A DNA stretch of 54,085 nt from IMG/VR virus record IMGVR_UViG_3300030330_004653, positions 1 to 54,085 of that record; one strand, 5' to 3'. How positions within the stretch are numbered: the stretch's first letter is position 1; the number at the start of each line of letters is the position of its first letter. The position numbers were made by a program, and so were the translations under genes. Shown in pieces: positions 26,185 to 36,400 of this stretch. Under the pieces are notes generated by a model. It did no database searches, was not told the DNA's origin, and worked only from the letters and a program-made list of their open reading frames with translations. This DNA is from a virus. Lineage: Duplodnaviria > Caudoviricetes.

Positions 26185-27405
26185 ATGAGCATTTTTGCAG
26201 GACTCGCACAGGGATTTGCACAAGGCGCAATGGCAGCTATGCCTGCCGCTACAGATAGATATGTCCAAGCTCGCAGGAGGGCCAAGGAGCGGAAGCAAAC
26301 AATAGAAGATCGTGAAAAGGCTCGCGCACAGAATTTAGAAGATGAGCGAAGAAGAGAAATGGTTGGCCTAAAGACAACCTTTGCCAAATTAGGGGGGCGG
26401 GATCTTGGAGAGAATGCTACCCCAGAAATGTATAGGAATGAAATAGCTGCTTATACAATCGACGATGAGTATAACTCAAAGCGCAGTCAATTGCAGCAGT
26501 CAGGTATTGACCCAACAAATATGGACCATAATCAAATTGATCAGGCCATTGCAAATCTGGGTCTAACAACTGCTGAAAGATTAGCAACTGAAGATGAAAT
26601 TCGTAAAAACAATCTTGAAAGTAGCAGGCGGCAGCAGCTTGTAGGGCATAAACAGTATATGCATTTAGAGCAAGGTGGTTATGCGACAGAAGATATGTTA
26701 GAGAGGGATGATACGGGAAAAGTAATTGGATACAATCAGACATTGTTGAATGAAGGGTCTGAAAGACAAAGGCAAGACAAGTTAGCACAGAGTAATCAAG
26801 CAAGGATGTCGAGAGATGAGCCGTATTCAATTGTAGCTAAGACAGACCAAATAAATAGAATTAAAAGTCTGGTAGATCATGCAGGATTTGATGGAGGTTT
26901 TGCTGAAGTTTTAAAAGTCAGCTTGGACACTTATATGGGTAACCCGACTGCAACCACATGGAATGCCCTTGAGAGAAGCTATGGTCGATGGTTTCAGGGA
27001 AGAGACAAAGATCCTCAAATGGGTACACCAATTGGCAAGCCTTATGGACAGATAGCATCTGATAAGCTCGCAATGAGACAGGCAATGGGGGGAGACGTAT
27101 TGCAAGGATTCCCTCTTTTGTCGTATGGATTAAAGCCATCGACAGGTGGTGGTGTGCAGTCAACGGTTGCTGAAACACAAACAACAATCCCAATAGGGGA
27201 ATCAAAGCCTAATACTACGGACTCCATAACGCCTTCCTTCTCTACAGGTAACACCTCTGGATCTGCCTCAATCGATTCATTGGGTGGTGGGAGTAATCTA
27301 TCAAATCTTACTCTTCCGCAAATAATGGGTATAGCTGCTGATGACGGACATCCAGATAATAAGGAAGCAGTTAGGATTGTAAGAGAAGGAGGGTATACGG
27401 AATAA
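26185..27405 (+). CDS. Internal virion protein (putative)
   Basis: G/A-rich amphipathic N-terminus (FAGLAQGFAQG); position. Confidence 0.65.
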   Translation: MSIFAGLAQGFAQGAMAAMPAATDRYVQARRRAKERKQTIEDREKARAQNLEDERRREMVGLKTTFAKLGGRDLGENATPEMYRNEIAAYTIDDEYNSKRSQLQQSGIDPTNMDHNQIDQAIANLGLTTAERLATEDEIRKNNLESSRRQQLVGHKQYMHLEQGGYATEDMLERDDTGKVIGYNQTLLNEGSERQRQDKLAQSNQARMSRDEPYSIVAKTDQINRIKSLVDHAGFDGGFAEVLKVSLDTYMGNPTATTWNALERSYGRWFQGRDKDPQMGTPIGKPYGQIASDKLAMRQAMGGDVLQGFPLLSYGLKPSTGGGVQSTVAETQTTIPIGESKPNTTDSITPSFSTGNTSGSASIDSLGGGSNLSNLTLPQIMGIAADDGHPDNKEAVRIVREGGYTE

Positions 27406-30400
27406 TGCCACTCACTCCTGAAGAAAAAGAGCGTCTATTAAGCAGAAAGAGAGAGCTTGAGTTAGGAGTCACCCAGCCTTCTACTGGGCTTACTTCTGAA
27501 GAAAAAGAGCGTCTATTAAAAAGAAAGCGCGAGCTTGAATTAGGGATAACCCAGCCTCCTGCTGGGGCAACTCCGCGCCAACAGAGACTTGCCAATACGT
27601 TCAGTGCGGGGATGTCCCCGCCCACTCAGCCTACCCCTGAACGCACATTCGGATCTGTCAGAGGACGCACCCGTGCGCGTGATACGGGACAGATAACGCG
27701 CCCTGTTGTTTCTCCTCCACCTCTTATCACTGAGCCTCCATCTCCTCTTGATTATTTCGATAAGCTCAGTCGATCATATGATCTTTCATCTCAAAGAATG
27801 GATTTGCAGTCTAATGTATTAGACCTGACAAAATTAAATCTTACAGACGATGAAAAGGTCGCAAGGGCTAATGAGCTTGTTGTACAAAGAGACAAGATAG
27901 ACCAAGAGCTTTCTACGATGGAAAGTGATTCTTATATCGGTGACATAGGAATCATGGCTGCAAGTATTGCGCCATCCATAGTCGAAACAACAAAGAGAAG
28001 TCTTTATGGTGCAGGATCAGGAGCAGCTATCGGTGGTGTTACAGCAGGACCAGTAGGGGCCTTAGCAGGCGCAAAAACAGGCTTTGTAACAGGTGGACTG
28101 GTATACACTGCCAATGAAGGCTATGGAGCAGCATATCTTGACGCAATAAAAGATGGCAGGAGCCATGAGGTTGCAGTTGCTACGGCAACAGGTTTCGCGC
28201 CTGTTTATGCTGCATTGAGTAGGCTTCAAATAGGCAATGTGTTAAATAGCGTTTTAGGAAAGAGCCTTAATAAAAAAGTAGCTTCAGATATTATGCCTTC
28301 GGTTTACAATAAGTTTGTAAACAAGGCCGAAGAGCTGGGGAAGAGGGCTGGCCCTGTAGGCACAACGGCTGCTCGGATAACAGCAGACACCGTTGTCGAG
28401 ACGTTTTCTGAAGTAGCGCAAGACTACGCTAATCTTAGTGCGCGTGAGCTGGCATCCCGCTATGAAGAAGGAGAAGGTCTTTCTAAACAGGAATGGGACA
28501 GAAGTATTGGTGATTATATGGATATGGCAGTTGCCTTATCTGTGATCACAGGCACTCCCACAGCCGCTATGGCTGGCATTGATAGGGGAGTCAAAGTAAA
28601 GAATGCAAAAAAATTAATTAAGGCATCCAATCCAGAGTTTCTTGAAAATGACTTAGGGGTTGATACTTCTCAAAAAGTGGGAAATCAAGTCCGTCAAGTT
28701 ATAAGCATGATGGAGGATGGCAGCTTAAAACAGAGAATTGAAGCAAGTAGGTCATTGGGTGATGAGCAAGGTTTAGGCAGCACGCCTCAAATACTTACTG
28801 ATGATGAAGTTAGTTCGATTAGAAACAAATCTATTGAGCTGGCGGTAAAGCAGGGATTTGAACCCGATAGTCCAGCATTGCAAAAAAGAGTTGAATCTGC
28901 TATTGCAGCGGCTAACATTAGTTTAGATAGGTATCAAGAAATTGATACCTTCCTAACAGATGCTTTAAAAGAGCTTGCTGTAGAAAACCCACTATGGGAT
29001 GATACGCGCACCAGCTTTGTTCGCGCTGAGAGGGAAGCTGACTTCCAAGCTGATATGCTCTCTACAGACGGCAAGCCCACAGGAGCGCGTGTATACGTCA
29101 AGACAAAGCCTGATGGCATAACGGAAGCCATTATTACTGATGCCAACAATCAGGCTCTCACGCCCATTGTAGACAAGTCTTACGATGAGGTTGTGCGTCA
29201 GTTGCAGTATTATGGCGATGCCAATGTCGGGTCGTTGATAGTCAACAAAGACAACATAGAGATAGTAGGTCGTGACGAGCAGGCCGTAGCGCAACAGGTT
29301 GCCAACCGATCTAAGCCTGATGTCCGAAGGATTCACCAATGGCGCGAGACTGAGGTCCAAGGCCCACTGCAAGAAGGTGGAGCTGAATCCGAGGTGCAGC
29401 GCACGCCTGAAACCGTTGAGGATGCAGGACCTGTATTTGGGGAAGAAACCTCTAAGGCTGCATTCCTAACCCAGCAACTACAGATAGTAGAGGGGACAAA
29501 TGATGTCGCTGCCCAGCGACAGATTATAAGCGGTATTCAAGATCTCGTAGCTAAGGGCGAGATATCGCAGCGAATGTATGAGGCAGCGATTCGCAAACTT
29601 CCTGCTCGGTTTGATGATATTCTGTTTCCGGAGTTGGAAGCACAGCGTGAGCGCGATTTGCAGCAGCGAGTGCGGGACCGTGAAGAAAGAGAAGTTTCTG
29701 AGCAGGCTGAAGCTGACCGCATTGCTCGCCAGCAAAGCGCAGTAGGAATCCCCGATGAGACAAGACAATCCAATGTCAGACAGGCACAGGAAGATCGGCC
29801 TGTTGAGGGGATGGAAAACATAATAGACCCCACAGGGGGGATGACATTACGTGAGGATGCGGAAGACTTTTTACTGGATGAGCTGCTTGACGATTCAGAT
29901 CCTTCGCCAACTCAAGAAGAGCAGCCTGCTACCCCAAGGGTCTCTGATACCGTGGTTCAAGAGCCACAGGTTGAGCCAGAACCTACACCAGAAGTAACGG
30001 AGCAAGAAGATGCCAGAGGACGCGAGTCCGTTCGGACTTACGACGAGAGCGACCCAAGCCCACCAGTTAGCCACGTGGGGACAGCTCTACCCGAAGTCGA
30101 GCAACCAATTGTATCTGTCAGGGAGACTGAGGCAGCTACTGGTAGACGCGCTTCGGGACAGACTTCGCTCATTGGAAAAAGAGTCTCTGATGCAAAGTCA
30201 CTCGGTTTAGCTTTTGAGCCACTGCGGAACACTCAGTCTGAGTGGACCTACATAGTCCTAAGAAATGGGGATACTGGCGAAATCTTATCTGTAGACGGCC
30301 ACAGCTTTAACTTGCCTGCTCAATCTCCATCGGCCAGAGACTTTGCTATATCACGTAGAGGTGATGCCAGATTTAGAGAGCAGCTAAGAGATCGTGTATC

Positions 30401-33400
30401 GCGTTTACGCTCGCGCACAGGCGGGGCCAATGTCATTGCTGATGTGGTCCACAACCATCCCAGTGGCAATGCGATGCCATCCGGTGCAGACATAGAGCTG
30501 ACCCGTGAGTTTGCTGAGCTGTTCGATCCCATCGATGGAGTCAGCTTTGGGGAGCACACCATCGTCAACACAGGTGAGGCTTCTTCCATTCAGCGTGATG
30601 GCACATGGTCTTTATATGACATCTACGATAATCAGCCGCTAACAGATAGCGGACTGACTATTGCTGATGTCGATATGCTAAAAGATGATCCAGAACTTAA
30701 TAATCGCAGGGCTGCTGCACGTAGACGAGATCCGCTGCTTGGCTTGTATAGTAGGACAGATGTAATTGATGCTTTGTTTGGTGGTGGAGCTGGAGATGCG
30801 ACATCGATGGATATGCTGCGCGGTGTGTCCAATGCTCAGATCGGTCAGTATCTAAAGCACGACCAAGGCAAGCTGGCACTGGGAGTCATCCTTGACTCTA
30901 AGAACAATGTCCGCAATGCAGTCCCATTTGATGTAAACCTCCTTAGTAACCCCGAAGAGTTTGGTCGCTGGTCAAGGAACAGGCGTATAGAGAATGCTGG
31001 TAGGCGCATGGTGGTCTACTATGGAGCGCATGACGAGGAGAGCCAGATTGGGGTCGATCAGTTTAAAGAGTTGGTCGCACCGTCGATAGAATCTGGTGAT
31101 GTCTTCGATGCTGTTTATACATCGGCCCGTGAGCGCGGGATAAGAGGTGAGGTAGGATTAGAATCTACAGCTACATTACCAGATACTGCGGTTGACGCTC
31201 CAAGAATTTCAACTGCAGATGGAACCCTTTTAGAGCCTGAAGCTGCTCCTATAGAAGGCGCAATAAGCGAATTGTTGGAAGGTGACTCTGGCAGGATAAA
31301 GAGGGACCTCAACTTTGAAACGCTCAGTGAAGATGCTGTTAAGATAGCTGAAGAAATATCGGACGAGCTTCAGCTCATCAACCCTGATCCAGCACCAACG
31401 CCTGAAAAGTTTATTACTGGTTACAGGTTGATGCAAGCAAAGCCAACAAGTGAGGCGGCTGACGATCTTTTTTCTTTATACGTCCTGAACACAACCCCTG
31501 TTGTGCAGGGGGAGTGGGTGCTTGCCAAGTCAGGGCCAAGAATGGAAAGTGGAAGAGTAAAGGCCACTATTAATAAGGGAAAGGGTCTTGCATGGAGAGG
31601 TGGGTGGCATTCGGGAAGTTTGCCTGCCTCTACACACATAGGAGGTATGGGGGTTCAAAATGCTTACTATGAGCTTTATGGGATTACGGCAGATAACAAA
31701 AAACCATCTCCAGTTTACAGAAGAGCAAAAGAGAACTGGGTAGAGGTATCTATTCCTGATGACGTTGATTGGCAAAGTGTTGCAGACAGCAGAGCTGTAA
31801 TTAACGAAGAAACAGGTAGGCCAGATCCAAAGACGGCTCACATAACAGATCAAGTGCCATATGGGGGGCATTATAAATATAAAACCAACCCCAACATGAC
31901 AGGCAGTTGGCTCATTAGTGGGTCAATGAAGATAAACAGAAGACTTGACAGGGATGAAGTAGTTCGATTGGGAGAAGAAGGGGGAATGGTTGACCTTCCC
32001 TTACTACCCGATTGGATACGAGAAAACAATGTTCGCTTTGAACATTTGACTGGAGAGGCGCAAAAAGAACTTGCCCAAGTTTATCCTGATGATCTGGAGA
32101 GCATATACGGCAGAGCTAATGCTGAAGAGATCTTTAGACAGCTTGAGCAGGCTAAGGTAGACGATCCCAGCACAAAAAAGAAGACCGTTACAAAGCTACC
32201 CCAGCCACGTAAGCCAGATAAAAGGCCGCTTCGCTATCCTGACACGCTCCAAGAAGAAGCCGATCCTTTGCCTGTATTTAAAGAGAACACTACAGGCTCC
32301 AAGAAGAGAGGGGAGTTTGTCCCTGCTTCAAGATCGAAAGCTAAGGGGGGCAATGTTAAGGCTTTTGAGGTTGGAGATAGGATACGACTTGAACATCCAA
32401 ACCCATTAACTTCTGAAAGTGAATTTGATGCATGGCTGGGAAAAGTTGTTGGAATTGAAAAGACAACAGATCAAGTAACTGCTCCAGTCCAAGCCATAGA
32501 ATGGGCGAATGATTCTGATTCTATTGCTGAGTATGTAGGTGGATTATTAGCAGATGATATGCGGAACTTGGCAAATGAAGGGTTGGACTACTCAAGAGAG
32601 CGTGCAGAAATGTATGCCAACGGGGAGATGACAGTATATGATACAATACATCACTATATGTGGAACATTTTATCTACTGGCACAAGTCCCTACGAGCAAG
32701 AAGCAGCATATCTTGAGACGTTAGTCCCTGAAAACCTTGAACGTCTTTACGATATATTTGAAAAGTGCATAGAGACAAAAGGCGAATATATACGCCCTGC
32801 AAAAAAAGGGGTTAAGAATCGTGATATAAACAAATTCATTAATCAAAGGTTAGCAATTCAACATTCTGGTAGGCCATCGGCAGGTTCAAAAAATATGTTC
32901 AATAGCTTTTTTCGGTATTTGGGAGCTATAACTGGACCTGCTGAAGGTGCAGATGCAGATGGTCGTAGCGTTATACAATATCTGCATGACATGCTTTCAG
33001 ATCCCAACTTGAGTGGAAGAGAAATAAGAAGGAATTTTTTCAACTCCTTGCCCCGTGACAAAAGTGTGGGCATGGAAAATAAGCTAATTAGTTTTATGCT
33101 TTTAACATCAGGGAAGTTTGATGTCTTAGTATTAGATAGAGTCCAGACAAGAAACCTATGGGGGGCGCAGTATCCTAAAAATCTTGTTTACAGTGACGGC
33201 AAAGAAGAGATTGACGTTTACGATTTAGTCGATAGTAAACTTTTCCATGGCCCAAGAGGAGCTGTTTTTTATGAAGCTCTTGAAGATGCCTTAGCTCCTT
33301 CAATAAAAGAAGGCTACTCTAAGATAGGTAGGGCCGAAGATGGAAACGTAGGAACATTTCATTGGGAGTCCTATTCTATAGCAGGGGACATGGCTGTCCC

Positions 33401-36400
33401 TCATCGCACATTAGGTGCGAGCATAGATCGCGCACGGGGAAAAGATCCTAAAGAAATTTTTGCTGGAAGCTCGACTCGACAAGGTAAATTAGACAAATCA
33501 GAAACGGGGATTAGTTATACCCCACTAACTACCGGAGAGGCAAGGTTTTTTTATACGCTTCGGAATGGTGAGCGGGTAGTCCTTGATCAGAGACGTAGAA
33601 ATCTTTTTGTAAAAAGAGACTTAGAAAAGTTAATTAATAAAGCAAAACGAGATAAGGGGATAGAATTTGATGGAGTCTCAGAGAAAAGATATGATGAATC
33701 AGGAAAGCAAGTTAGCTGGCTCCAATACCTCGGTGAAGCATATGAAGAACAGTTTGAGGAGGCCGTCCGCAAAAGAGCGGTCGAAGTTTTACCAGCGATT
33801 GAAGACGTTCCGTCCGATCCTGCCAGAAGCGGACGATATACAAGATTAGAGGAAGAAGCCGCTCCATTTGGCGAAGAGCAAGGACAGGATTTATTAGAGT
33901 CTGCAACGCAGGAATTGGCTGCTCAGGAAAAGCCAGTCGCTTCCGGTCAACAAATAGACTTTGACACAATTAATTATGGCCCCAGTTTTCCTCTTGCATC
34001 TGAGATGGCATCGCTGGACCGCCAATCCCTTGATCGTGTAACAGATCGCCTGTCTTCGTTTTACCCTGACTACACAGCCGTTACAGATCAGGGATCTTTT
34101 GACCAGCGAGCAACGGAGCTGGGCAGGAAGCCTGAGAAGATTGCAGGCTTTGTGGACCGAGAAACATCCACGGTCTTCATAAACCCATCGTTGGCAAAGT
34201 CTGACACGCCACTACATCAATTTTCTCACATATGGCTTGACCGTCTACAGACAGACAGCCCTGAACTATATGATCAGGCTACTGAGCTGGTCAGGAGAAG
34301 CCCTTACTACGAAAGGGCAAGTAAGGCAGGCTTTGGTGTGTTTGCCGAAGAGGAGGCACTGGCCCAGCTCATAGGAGAAAAGGGTGCGGGCTTTATCGAT
34401 GGGGGGCAGGCCACTCGCAAGGACAAGGGAATCATAAAGCGACTGATGGCTCAGATCGCCAAGATTGCCAAAAGATTCTTTAAGACATCTAAGGCTATTG
34501 ATGTTAATGAGATGACCTTAGAAGACTTTGTAGAGGGAGCAGTTGATGCAGTAACGCAAAACAGGCCCATGCAGACGAGGGCTGGCGTTCCCAGCAGAAA
34601 TACAGAATACCGACAAAAGAGAGCGGAGCTGGATCGAATTTCTTTTGGCGGGAATATGTTTTATGAGCCGATTGATGACGTTGCCAGAATAGCCGACGAG
34701 TATATGGAGTCGAAGGGGCTGGGAGAGCTAAGAGATCGCAGGATATTAAAAGTTCCTGCCGCTCAAGGGAAAGCTATTGCCGATGTCTATGATGCTATGG
34801 AGCATGATCCCCGTAACCCTGTTGTGTTGCAGGCATATCAAGACATGGCTAATGAAACCATGGAGCAGTTTGAAGCCATCTTGAAAGAGGGGTATGAAGT
34901 AGAGCTATTTAGTGAGGGGGTGGAACCATACAAGAGCAGCCGTGACATGATCGATGATGTGCGCGAGAATAAGCATATGTTTGTTTTTGCAACCGATCAG
35001 GAAAGCTCGTATGGCAAAGATGGCATTACACCTGAGCTGAGAGCTGAAAGCCCTCTGCTGGCAGATAGTGGATATAAGGACATTAATGGCAAGACGCTAT
35101 TGATCAATGATGTCTTTCGCTTTGTCCATGACTTCTTCGGTCATGCCAAGCGTGGCAATGGCTTTGGGCAGGATGGGGAAGAGAATGCATGGGAAGCGCA
35201 CAGTCAGATGTATACTGACAATGCGCGTAGAGCCATGACCTCAGAAACGCGAGGACAAAACTCATGGGTGAACTTCGGCCCACAGCTACGCCTGCCTAAT
35301 GGGAAGCTACCAACAAAGACGCATCCTGAATACAAGCCCATACCAGAAAGAGATTTTGCCGATCAGAAAAACAATCTCATGCCTGATGAGATTGTCTTCC
35401 CTGAACGATTTAAGCCCGATGTCTTACTGGAGGAAGCAACTCCCTTAGCGGAAGACGCAGATCCTTTAGGCGGGGATATCCCCGATCCAATGCAGAGACG
35501 GCTTGACGAGATATTTGCTGGTGTCGAGAAGCCTGCTCAAACGCCCCCACAGGAGGCTGCAGAGGATCAGGGTGACATTACCCCAGATCAGCCATTAGAG
35601 GCCGCTACAGAGGCTCCTGCGCCCCCTCAAGGCACAGAGGAGAGAGGCTTTGCCGAAACCTTAACAGAGCAAGGTCGAACCCCACCAGAAGGGGAGGGTC
35701 GGTTCTATCGTCCTCAGACTAATCTGGAGACCAGACGGCAAGCTGAAAATATATATATCAAAGACGGCATTGGAGGGGTAAGATCAGCGTTAGGGGACTC
35801 TGAGGGAGATCCTCCTTCTGCTCTTCGGACCGCGCTGGGGATCGTTGCTTATACCCACTACGAAAGTGAGGCCAAGGCTTTTCAAGAGCAGGGCGATACT
35901 CGTAGGGCAGAGGGAGCGCGTGAGGAAGCTATATCCATAGCCAACTTAGTATCGAAGAGGCTGACCAGCGCAGGGCAGGCAACGCAGGCTGCTTCTATGA
36001 TTTCTATGCTGGACCCTGACACTATTGGCTTATGGGCGCAGAGAAAAATAGACAGGATTAATGAGCGATACAATCTCAAGGGAAAGAAGAAACGAGAATT
36101 ACCTGAAGAGGATAAAGAGAAGCTCAAAGATCTGGCAGACAAAGGGCAGCAGTTAGTAGATCTCAACAAGTCTCAGCAAGAAGTAAACGAGGCAATGACA
36201 AAGGCTATTGAAAACGAGCCTTTGACTACTGAAGACATTGCAATCATCACTGAATACAGGGACAAAGCGACTGCGCTGTTGGTAGGCGAGCCAGTCCCTG
36301 AAGAAACAAAGGTAAAAAGGACTCCTAAAGATACTGTAAGGCGCATCCTAACTGCCAAGATTAAGAATCGCGCTGCCAATGCAAGACAGCGTCTACGGGA

